Origin: Candidatus Heimdallarchaeota archaeon | GTDB lineage: Archaea > Asgardarchaeota > Heimdallarchaeia > Heimdallarchaeales > Heimdallarchaeaceae | DNA length: 14,464 bases | Assembly: GCA_030668825.1 (NCBI GenBank) | Contig: DAOVET010000064.1 | Span: 1-14,464, forward strand | Direction of reading: 5' to 3' | In this document: in pieces, positions 1-7,749 of the stretch | Layout of the letters: the number at the start of each line of letters is the position of its first letter | Numbering within the stretch: the stretch's first letter is position 1 | Translations under genes and position numbers: made by a program | Notes under the pieces: model-generated | Database searches by the model: none | Told to the model about the DNA's origin: nothing | What the model saw: only the letters and a program-made list of their open reading frames with translations

Positions 1-2
1 AG

Positions 3-524
3 TTCTTCCATATACCAAGAACTCAGATTGTTAAACTGAATAAAATGATAGATGAACCTGATTTTATTCATCCAAGAGAGGATGAAATAATTACACTCAT
101 TGGAAAACCTGTTTTAATAGAAAATCCTTCTAATGAAATAATCAAGAGAGTAGACTTACAAAGCCTACTAGATTTAGAAGAATTTTTACCTACATTATCC
201 ATGTCAATGATTGACAGAACAGGATTAGATCTTTGGACAATGGTAAGAAGAATGAATTGGAGAATCTCTCCAGCTCCTATAAGATTACTAAGTCAAAATC
301 ATGATAAACCTCTTGATCTTTGGGGACTAAATAGAACAAAGATAGCTAAAGAGTTAGAGAAACAAGAATTTTATCTGATTGCTGAAAGCTATAAAGACTA
401 TTATTATGAAGGTTGGATAACTTTTATGGAAGATTTTACTAACTCACAATCACTTAGAAGACTCATTTCTGCAGGATTCGAAGTAATGAAATTGTGTTTA
501 GAAGAAGCAAGAAAGCTGGTATAG
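3..524 (+). CDS. Hypothetical protein, 5' end probably outside the window
   Basis: The frame is open from position 3 (FFHIPRTQIVKLNK-MIDEP...) to TAG at 522-524, so ATG 45 is probably internal. No family motif recognised. Confidence 0.7.
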   Translation, partial: FFHIPRTQIVKLNKMIDEPDFIHPREDEIITLIGKPVLIENPSNEIIKRVDLQSLLDLEEFLPTLSMSMIDRTGLDLWTMVRRMNWRISPAPIRLLSQNHDKPLDLWGLNRTKIAKELEKQEFYLIAESYKDYYYEGWITFMEDFTNSQSLRRLISAGFEVMKLCLEEARKLV

Positions 525-529
525 ATAAG

Positions 530-1069
530 CTATTTCCCTTTCTTCACTGGTTCTATTTGTAAGAATTCAATTATATCTAAGATTGCTCTAAATTCTTCAG
601 TTTCGAAAACATCCCCGTGTTTCTCCTTTTCATATCCAAAAATGAATCTAGCTCCATCTAGTTCTTCGAAATAAAATTTCAGATGTTTAAATTTTTCATC
701 ACTGTCTGCAACCAGAATTCCTTTAACTCTCATTCTTCTGAAACCCTTTTGTATCTTAAAAGCTTGATCTTCAGCTGCTAAAATGTTTCTTAACCAATGA
801 GCTTTCTTACCCCTTGCAATATAGAAAGTTAATTTTTCTGTATAGAACTTAAGAGCTAAAACTGGTGTAGTTCTACTTTTCCCTGTTATCCTTCCTCTTG
901 TGTGAACTAGAACTATTGTTTTACCTATTCCAAATAGAGGGAGAAAGTAAATTCGATATAGGAAAATAACAACTCCATTCATTATTTTATTGAACCTATG
1001 AAAACTCTTAGTTCTCTCTTTATGTCTAGCAACAATGGATTTTTCCCCAAGTTTAAATGTCTTTGACAA
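530..1069 (-). CDS. Deazaflavin (F420)-dependent nitroreductase/oxidoreductase family protein (Ddn-like, split beta-barrel)
   Basis: VLVHTRGRITGKSRTTPV and AHWLRNILA match the Ddn-family patterns L-T-GRxSG-R-TP and W-RNL. TTG start is preceded by GAGGGG, which overlaps the stop of the PHP gene. Confidence 0.8.
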   Translation of the reverse strand: MSKTFKLGEKSIVARHKERTKSFHRFNKIMNGVVIFLYRIYFLPLFGIGKTIVLVHTRGRITGKSRTTPVLALKFYTEKLTFYIARGKKAHWLRNILAAEDQAFKIQKGFRRMRVKGILVADSDEKFKHLKFYFEELDGARFIFGYEKEKHGDVFETEEFRAILDIIEFLQIEPVKKGK

Positions 1070-1079
1070 CTAGTTCCCC

Positions 1080-1733
1080 TCATTTTATTGTTCTTTTAAT
1101 TATTTCTTCTGGATTTTTCACAAACACTTCCTCAAACATGCTTCTGGGAATTCCTGCTCCTAGAGCTGTTTTTTCCCGCAAACTTTCACTTATGAAATCT
1201 CTAGGTTGATGAGCGTCTGTATTTAGAATGAGTTTTGCACCAGCTTTCATTGCTAGATCAGCAACTAATCCATTTCCAAGGGAGTGTCCTCCTCTTGTAG
1301 TTATCTCCAAAAATACTTCGTTATCTTTTGCTAGCTGAGCTTCTTCAAATGTCAATATTCCAGGATGAGCTAAAATATCAACATCAGGGCATTTTAACGC
1401 TGCTCTGTTAGTTCCCTCAATAACTGGTTCTACAATAGTTTCTCCATGCATTACTACTAAGAAATTTCTTTGTTTAGCTTTTCTTGCTAATTCTGGAATC
1501 TGTGAAGGGAGAACATGAGTAATTTCTACCCCTGGGAGGAAAGTAATGTATTCTTCAAAATCATATCTGATTTTATCTAGACTATTCAATACATGATCAA
1601 TATTAGAAGAATCTACATGGTCAGTAATATCTACTGCTGCAAGACCTCTTACAATTAATCTTCTAAGATATTCAGTTGGCATTAATGCTCCATCAGAAAG
1701 AAGTGTATGAGTGTGAAAATCAGTCAATTTCAT
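1080..1733 (-). CDS. PHP-domain metal-dependent phosphoesterase (histidinol-phosphatase-like, small archaeal type)
   Basis: PHP metal-ligand motifs DFHTHT, TDHVD, GVEITH, HGET, AHPG and NTDAH. Start moved to ATG 1733 (MKLTDFHTH, 217 aa) because the longer ORF runs through the pepF terminator and stop. Confidence 0.88.
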   Translation of the reverse strand: MKLTDFHTHTLLSDGALMPTEYLRRLIVRGLAAVDITDHVDSSNIDHVLNSLDKIRYDFEEYITFLPGVEITHVLPSQIPELARKAKQRNFLVVMHGETIVEPVIEGTNRAALKCPDVDILAHPGILTFEEAQLAKDNEVFLEITTRGGHSLGNGLVADLAMKAGAKLILNTDAHQPRDFISESLREKTALGAGIPRSMFEEVFVKNPEEIIKRTIK

Positions 1734-1755
1734 AGTTGGTTTAGTTCTTATGATT

Positions 1756-1763
1756 ATTTCAAA
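1756..1763 (-). promoter_or_regulatory. Possible TATA-like box for the PHP gene
   Basis: TTTGAAAT on the minus strand ends 22 nt before ATG 1733, the same spacing as other promoters here. Imperfect consensus. Confidence 0.35.
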
Positions 1764-1772
1764 TTTGTGTTG

Positions 1773-1791
1773 AAAAAATGAAAAAAGGGAA
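1773..1791 (-). terminator. Oligo-T terminator after pepF
   Basis: Minus strand reads TTCCCTTTTTTCATTTTTT immediately after the TAA. Confidence 0.55.
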
Positions 1792-3576
1792 TTAAGATAG
1801 TAATTCTTCAAGTTCATCTACTTTAAAACTCAAATAGCTAATTCCTTTATTCCAGAAATTTGAATCATCTAAATCTATACCTACTTCTTCTAACATTTCA
1901 GCTGGTGTTTTAGAACACCCAACAGATAGAAGTTTAGTAAACTTGGGAACGAATTCTTCTCCCTCTTCTAAATACATCTGATAGAGGGCTATGACTAGAA
2001 GATTGGACATATTGTAAGCATAGACATAGAAAGGTACATGGATGAAATGACTTACTACACTCCAGTAACTTGCATAATCTTCTTTTATATTTGTCATAGA
2101 ATTTCCAAACATCTTTTGCATTTCTTCAACAAAGATTTCTTTGTAATCAGTCCCAGTAGGTAATTTTTCTTTCATTAATTCATGAATCCTACTTTCAAAA
2201 TGATAGAAAGCATTCTGCCTATGAGAAGTTGAAAAATTACCTTCAATGTGATTAGCCAATAAGGAGATTCTGTCTTCTTTTGCTAGGTCTTGTTTCATGA
2301 GATAATCGAAAGCAATCATTTCATTGAAAACAGATGCTATTTCAGCAACTGTAAGAGAAGAATCTACATTTGTAAATGTTTGAGTTTGTTGAATGTAATA
2401 ATGGTGTATAGCGTGCCCTAATTCATGAGCTAATGTTAAGACAGACTCAATATCGTTAGTGAAATTGACGAATACGAACGGATATTTCATTTGTTTTCCA
2501 TAACTACAAAAAGCTCCTCCTTGTTTACCCTTCCTTGGAGTAACATCTATGTGTTTTCTCTTATATACTTCATCAACAATTGTGGCAAATTCAGGGTTGA
2601 ATTGTTTATTAGCTTTTTTTACAAGTTCGATCCCTTCTTCGAAAGAATATTTTTTATTTACTTCGCCAACGGGAGCATACAAGTCTGACATTCTTAATTG
2701 AGATAAATCTAGAATCTTCTTCTTCAAATTGTAGTATTTTTCTACAACAGGATTGCTTTCAGAAGTAACTTTTCCTAATGTTTCTACAGCTTTATCACTA
2801 ACTTCATTCTCTACATTCCTTAATGAGATTGGATTCGCATAATTCCTTCGTTTATTTTCTATACTCCAATCCTTCATCACATTATTGTAAATATGGGTGA
2901 AAGTAAGTTCATTTCTCTCAAATTCTGAGACTAAAGTCTTTAGTGCTCTGTATCTTACATCCTTATCCTTATTGTACATGAAAGCAAATAGCTCTGATCC
3001 TGTGTAAGTTTTAGTTTCCCCTTCATATTCAAATTCATAAGTGAAACCACTTTCTATTTCATTGTATAATTTTATGAAACCGCTCTTTCCGGTTATATTC
3101 TTCATCAGAATTATCTGTTCTTCCTTTTCAGAAAGCTGATGTGGTTTTTGTTGTCTGTTAAATTCTAGATCATGCTTATAATTTTTTAATTCAGGCGATG
3201 CTAAAAGTTCCTTATATTTCTCTTCTGGTATTGTGTTGAGTTCAAGATGGAAGAAAAGAGTTTGTTCATTGATTTTTGAATTATATTCTTGTACTTGAGA
3301 ATAAAGATTCTTGACCTCATCATTAAGTGATGTAGTTGAATATAGTAAGGAGGAAAACAAGTAAAGATAGAATTTCTTTTCATGAATATCTTCATGTTGT
3401 TTAAACCATTCTTCTAATTGTTTTGGCTTAAGATTAGGATTGTTAATATTTCCTTTAACTATTTTATTAAAATCTTGAGCTAATTTTTCGATATCTTTCA
3501 TATCAGTTTTAATCTTAGGATCATTAACATCTGAATAAAGATCAGATAAATCCCAGGTTATGATTTCTTTAGGCAT
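1792..3576 (-). CDS. pepF: M3B family oligoendopeptidase F (Zn metallopeptidase)
   Basis: N-terminal WDLSDLY, RKGKQGGAFC, zinc motif TLAHELGHAIH, AEIASVFNE and PFYVYAY. 594 aa with no signal peptide. Confidence 0.93.
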   Translation of the reverse strand: MPKEIITWDLSDLYSDVNDPKIKTDMKDIEKLAQDFNKIVKGNINNPNLKPKQLEEWFKQHEDIHEKKFYLYLFSSLLYSTTSLNDEVKNLYSQVQEYNSKINEQTLFFHLELNTIPEEKYKELLASPELKNYKHDLEFNRQQKPHQLSEKEEQIILMKNITGKSGFIKLYNEIESGFTYEFEYEGETKTYTGSELFAFMYNKDKDVRYRALKTLVSEFERNELTFTHIYNNVMKDWSIENKRRNYANPISLRNVENEVSDKAVETLGKVTSESNPVVEKYYNLKKKILDLSQLRMSDLYAPVGEVNKKYSFEEGIELVKKANKQFNPEFATIVDEVYKRKHIDVTPRKGKQGGAFCSYGKQMKYPFVFVNFTNDIESVLTLAHELGHAIHHYYIQQTQTFTNVDSSLTVAEIASVFNEMIAFDYLMKQDLAKEDRISLLANHIEGNFSTSHRQNAFYHFESRIHELMKEKLPTGTDYKEIFVEEMQKMFGNSMTNIKEDYASYWSVVSHFIHVPFYVYAYNMSNLLVIALYQMYLEEGEEFVPKFTKLLSVGCSKTPAEMLEEVGIDLDDSNFWNKGISYLSFKVDELEELLS

Positions 3577-3597
3577 AAAATGATTGAAAATTTGCTG

Positions 3598-3603
3598 TTT
3601 AAG
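3598..3603 (-). promoter_or_regulatory. TATA-like box for pepF
   Basis: CTTAAA on the minus strand, preceded by an A-rich tract, ends 21 nt before ATG 3576. No Shine-Dalgarno sequence. Confidence 0.45.
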
Positions 3604-3697
3604 AGTTTTTGTAATTGGAAGAGTAGTTTCAGAAACCCTAATTTGAACTAGTATAAGAATCTCCAGTTGTTTTAATAATTAAAATGCCGTGAGTATG

Positions 3698-3707
3698 TTT
3701 AAATATA
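3698..3707 (+). promoter_or_regulatory. TATA box for the solute-binding protein gene
   Basis: TTTAAATATA; the TTTAAATA octamer ends 21 nt before ATG 3727. Confidence 0.6.
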
Positions 3708-3726
3708 GCCTAGAAGTATTTTCAAG

Positions 3727-6700
3727 ATGGTATTCATGCAAAGAAGAAAAATCTTTTTTTCTGCAGCAATAATCATTATGTTCTTTTCAGGTTCTCTGTT
3801 CATTGAATCATTAGATATAACATGTGAATGTATTGTAATACCCGGTCAAACGGCGTTTAGCATAAATCTAATGTCTATTTTTAAAGAAAATGATATGAAT
3901 AATGAAATCTCTATTATAATTCAAGATAAGTTGCCAGTAATAGGAATAGGTGTCGAATTTCATGAAATTACTCATTGGGGTAATGTACTTCCCAGAACTA
4001 GTCAGTATCCCCTAATTGATTTTGATTTTATCCCAACCTATGCAGAAGGAGGATTCGATTTATTTGCATATGAACATCCATTTGAGTTAGATTATTTTCC
4101 ACCAGGGATAGTTTTTGACTATCGTAATATAGAAAAATATGACTCTATATTTTTCTCACAGTACATAAACCCATTATATGATACAAAAGCTTGGTATTAC
4201 TATAGTACTTTTGACCAAAATGAACGAACCTTATTCAGTTATGAATTGCAAGAAATTCTTTATGAAGATCTTCCCTCAATTCCAATCTATAATCCAAGAG
4301 AGCTAGTTTTTCTAAGCTTTGACGTCGCAGGATTTGATGAGAATCTTTTCTATTCAAGTGAAATTAGAGCTGATAAATGGTATGGCTCAAGTGATGGTTG
4401 GTTTAATTATTCTCTTCCTGTTTCTTTCAAAGAATATAGTTATTTTACAGAAAATAACGGGAAAGATCATCTATGGTTAAACAATGTTTATGGTTCATTA
4501 TTTAGAAGAGCACAAGAGACAAAATACTGGGAATCTTTCCTTGCTTCGAATTATAGTTATACTGAAATTGTTGATTGGAAATTCAATGTAACTGTTGAAA
4601 TTAACCCTGAAGCGAAGTTTAGTGATGGAAGTTCTGTACTGGCAGAAGATGTGAAATACACTTATGAGTTGCTTCTTTCACCTGAAGTAGGAGCAACGGA
4701 TTATAATCTCTTAACAACAGTGTTTGCATCAAATGGATCTATAATAGTTGAAGATTCCACCACAGTTAAATTCTGTTTCGAAGATATTTCTAATTATCCT
4801 TTAAGCTACCTTTCTCATGGTATTATTGATAAAAGTTATCTAGAACCATTCATATCGAGTTATGGGTATAGCATTTTTGATGAGCAACCTTTTACAGGAA
4901 ATGTTTCAGATGCTTTAGTTAGGTCTTGCGGTCCCTTCAAATTGGACTACATAAACAGAAATAATAATGAAACTCTTTTAATCCCTAATCCATACTGGTT
5001 GGAAGGTGAACTGTCTAGCAATTTGACTTTTATCAAAATGGAAGATCCAGAGGAGGCTTTTATTGATTTCTTAGATGGTAAAATAGATATTTTAGATAAT
5101 TTATACACCGAGTACTTGCTAGAACAGATTCATGATTTTACTCCAACGTATCATATAAAATTTATAGACGTTCCTTTTACTTATGAATTAGCTATTAATA
5201 TGAAACACCCTGTAATTGGAACAGGAGAATTAACGCCAGTGGGAACACCTACAGCAGCAAAGTGTATTCGAAAAGCTATCAGTCATATAATTCCAAGAGA
5301 AAATATAACATCTGATTTTTTGAGTGAATTAGGGGTTCCAGCGTTTTCGTACATACCAAGAGCTTGTGTTGGGCATAATAAAAATCTTGATCCACATGTT
5401 TACGATTTTGATATAGCTGCTCAATATATTATAGAAGCGGGTCTTGGAGCATGTTGTTGTAGAACCCTTCATCCTACACAAACAGGAAATAGAACAATTT
5501 TCATTGTAACTATCTTCTCATTGATCTCAGTATCTATTTTGTGTCAAACTAAATTTAAAAAGAAAGAATGTGAAAAAAATATGAAAAAAATTATCGTTCC
5601 AATTACTATTGTTTTACTAATTTTCAGTCCTCTTGTACTGAGTGGAAATGATCAAGAAGTTAATTCTACATTCTCTTTAACAATTCTCGCTTATGAACGA
5701 TTTGAAAGGTGTCCTGGATATTCATTATATATTTATCCACAGTTGGAATCTTTAGGAATTGACATACTTGACTACGATGAAGCATCCCCTAGCGAGATGG
5801 CTGTTAGAACCTGGGACTATCCTTACATAGACTACGACTATAGACCATCTTACGAACAAGGAGGGTTTGATATTTGCATTCTTCAAAGCCAATGGAATCT
5901 TGATTGGAACCCACTTGGAAGGTTTAGTTCATGTTGTTATCCTCTTCATCGGAGGAATTTTTGCCAATTCGTAAATATGACTTTTGTTTCTGTCCTAAGC
6001 CAATATGAAAATTCTAGAGATTATGCTGATTTTGATAATTATTTATCAGCTCTACAGAATATTCTATTTGAAGAATTACCAGCTATTTCAATTTACTACA
6101 AAAGTGATATCTTCCTCTTAAATAAAAATATCAGTTCGTTTGATACATTCCTTTTTAGTCAAAATCAATTCAATCCCGAAACATGGGAAGACTCATTTGA
6201 TGATGAATTGATTTACATCCATCCGTTCAATGAAACTGGTACAGAACAGTATTTAGGTGTACCAAATAATTTCATTTTCCCAATTTCTTATATTGATGGA
6301 AAGTGGATAAAAAGTGTCTATGGATCTCTTTTTAAGAGAGATCCAATTTCACATGAATATATTCCGTATTTAGCTCAAGATTTTACCATCAGTTCAAGTG
6401 GTTATAATATAACAATCAATCTTCGTTCTGACATAAAGTTCAGTAATGGAGATAATTTAACTGCTGAAGATGTTAAATACACTTACGATTTGCTAAAAAC
6501 CCCCGCACTACAATCAACAGTTTATTCTAATCCCTATAGTTCGATGATAAATAATGTGACAGTAGTTGATTCAAACACATTGGTTTTTGAACTAGAACAT
6601 CCTTTTGCAAATGTTTTAAATCCCCATACGAGTCTCATTATCAATAGTTCTTTCGAGCTTCTAAATTTTGGAATCATTGAAAAATCTCTAGTAGAACCTC

Positions 6701-7386
6701 TTGTCAGTACATATGGATATGATATTTTCAGACAACAACCTTACTCTACTAATATTAGCAATGAATTACTGACTTCTTGTGGTCCCTATAGAATATCAGA
6801 GTTTAACTTAGAGAATCTAACCTATGAGTTGGTTCCAAACGAGTACTGGTTTGGTGATGAACCTAAAATAAATAGAATCCAAATTAAACATGTAGCAGGA
6901 AAAGATGGAGGTTACATTGCAGTTCAAAATGGTTTTGCTGATGTTGCTGATAAGAACTATTTCTTTCATCCTCTGGATGTTGGTGGTCAAGCAATAACTT
7001 CAATTGTCTCAGGTTTAAAAACTGAGGATTGGTACATAAACATGTTACATCCTTATCTAGGAAAAGGTGAACTAACTCCTGTAGGAACTCCTGAAGCTGC
7101 TAAATACATAAGAAAAGCAATTAGCCATGTTTTAAACAGATCTCTTATTGTACAAGTTTGTAATGATCATGTAAGCGTACCAGCAATCACAACTCAACCT
7201 TATGATTCTATAGGTTTTGATCAAGGATTAGAACCTTACGTTTATGATGTTTCTCTTGCACAGGAATACATGGAAAAAGCAGGTTTTGATTTAATCAAAG
7301 AAACCCCCACTAAAACCTCTTTGATCTCATTCTCATTGTTAGTATTCTTAGGCTTAGCTCATATTGTTCAAAGGAGAAGGAAATAA
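3727..7386 (+). CDS. Tandem family-5 (OppA/DppA-like) ABC solute-binding proteins in one ORF: unit 1 3727-5580, unit 2 5581-7386
   Basis: Duplicated motifs KFSDG..AEDVKYTY / KFSNG..AEDVKYTY, SCGPF / SCGPY, PNPYW / PNEYW, GELTPVGTP-AAK-IRKAISH and ILYEDLPSIPIY / ILFEELPAISIY. Each unit has an N-terminal signal-like helix and a C-terminal hydrophobic helix with a basic tail. Confidence 0.9.
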   Translation: MVFMQRRKIFFSAAIIIMFFSGSLFIESLDITCECIVIPGQTAFSINLMSIFKENDMNNEISIIIQDKLPVIGIGVEFHEITHWGNVLPRTSQYPLIDFDFIPTYAEGGFDLFAYEHPFELDYFPPGIVFDYRNIEKYDSIFFSQYINPLYDTKAWYYYSTFDQNERTLFSYELQEILYEDLPSIPIYNPRELVFLSFDVAGFDENLFYSSEIRADKWYGSSDGWFNYSLPVSFKEYSYFTENNGKDHLWLNNVYGSLFRRAQETKYWESFLASNYSYTEIVDWKFNVTVEINPEAKFSDGSSVLAEDVKYTYELLLSPEVGATDYNLLTTVFASNGSIIVEDSTTVKFCFEDISNYPLSYLSHGIIDKSYLEPFISSYGYSIFDEQPFTGNVSDALVRSCGPFKLDYINRNNNETLLIPNPYWLEGELSSNLTFIKMEDPEEAFIDFLDGKIDILDNLYTEYLLEQIHDFTPTYHIKFIDVPFTYELAINMKHPVIGTGELTPVGTPTAAKCIRKAISHIIPRENITSDFLSELGVPAFSYIPRACVGHNKNLDPHVYDFDIAAQYIIEAGLGACCCRTLHPTQTGNRTIFIVTIFSLISVSILCQTKFKKKECEKNMKKIIVPITIVLLIFSPLVLSGNDQEVNSTFSLTILAYERFERCPGYSLYIYPQLESLGIDILDYDEASPSEMAVRTWDYPYIDYDYRPSYEQGGFDICILQSQWNLDWNPLGRFSSCCYPLHRRNFCQFVNMTFVSVLSQYENSRDYADFDNYLSALQNILFEELPAISIYYKSDIFLLNKNISSFDTFLFSQNQFNPETWEDSFDDELIYIHPFNETGTEQYLGVPNNFIFPISYIDGKWIKSVYGSLFKRDPISHEYIPYLAQDFTISSSGYNITINLRSDIKFSNGDNLTAEDVKYTYDLLKTPALQSTVYSNPYSSMINNVTVVDSNTLVFELEHPFANVLNPHTSLIINSSFELLNFGIIEKSLVEPLVSTYGYDIFRQQPYSTNISNELLTSCGPYRISEFNLENLTYELVPNEYWFGDEPKINRIQIKHVAGKDGGYIAVQNGFADVADKNYFFHPLDVGGQAITSIVSGLKTEDWYINMLHPYLGKGELTPVGTPEAAKYIRKAISHVLNRSLIVQVCNDHVSVPAITTQPYDSIGFDQGLEPYVYDVSLAQEYMEKAGFDLIKETPTKTSLISFSLLVFLGLAHIVQRRRK

Positions 7387-7392
7387 ATTATC

Positions 7393-7484
7393 ATCTGACT
7401 AGTATGCTTTTTGAAAGATTTTGTTTATTTCTTCCAACTGGGAAATCTATTCTTTTTTCTTTTAGTGAAGGGAATTGATGGATA
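7393..7484. repeat. Intergenic degenerate direct repeat, copy A (92 bp)
   Basis: Hand alignment to 7750-7842 gives 75/93 identical columns with one gap, including a 26-nt exact block TTTTGAAAGATTTTGTTTATTTCTTC. Confidence 0.92.
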
Positions 7485-7521
7485 AAAATAATCTAATCTA
7501 TTTTGAATCCCAATTTATCAA

Positions 7522-7716
7522 TTATCCTAGTATTGATTTAACCCTGCCCACTTTTCCACTCTCCAGTCTTACCTTGATTCCATGGGGATGACTACCCGAG
7601 TTGGTGAGAATAGTTTTTACTATACCTGTGGTCAATTCTCCGGTTCTTTGATTATGTTTCTCAACAATTGATACTTTTGCACCGATTTGAATATTTTTTT
7701 TCTTTCTTGAAGGCAT
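7522..7716 (-). CDS. YwbE-family (DUF2196) small basic protein
   Basis: KVSIVEKHNQRTGELTTGIVKTILTNSGSHPHGIKVRLESGKVGRV matches the YwbE pattern (HPHGIKVRL..G.VGRV). ATG 7716 is preferred; GTG 7734 is the alternative start. Confidence 0.85.
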   Translation of the reverse strand: MPSRKKKNIQIGAKVSIVEKHNQRTGELTTGIVKTILTNSGSHPHGIKVRLESGKVGRVKSILG

Positions 7717-7749
7717 AACTATATCTTCTCTCACTCTTTTTTTTCTTTA

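Noticed and set aside
1734-1817. 28-aa N-terminal extension of the PHP ORF
   Set aside because: It overlaps the pepF 3' end and its T-rich terminator, and PHP domains start just before the HxH motif.
2491-2688. 65-aa plus-strand ORF
   Set aside because: Antisense shadow inside pepF with no motif.
3201-3395. 64-aa minus-strand ORF
   Set aside because: Alternative frame nested in pepF with no support.
7393-7484. Repeat as a conserved small ORF or SECIS element
   Set aside because: The copies differ by a frame-breaking 1-nt gap, and I noticed no in-frame TGA read-through candidate in the neighbouring genes.
7388-7486. MITE with terminal inverted repeats (TTATCATC ... GATGGATAA)
   Set aside because: The match is short, gapped and not preserved in copy B, and there is no target-site duplication.
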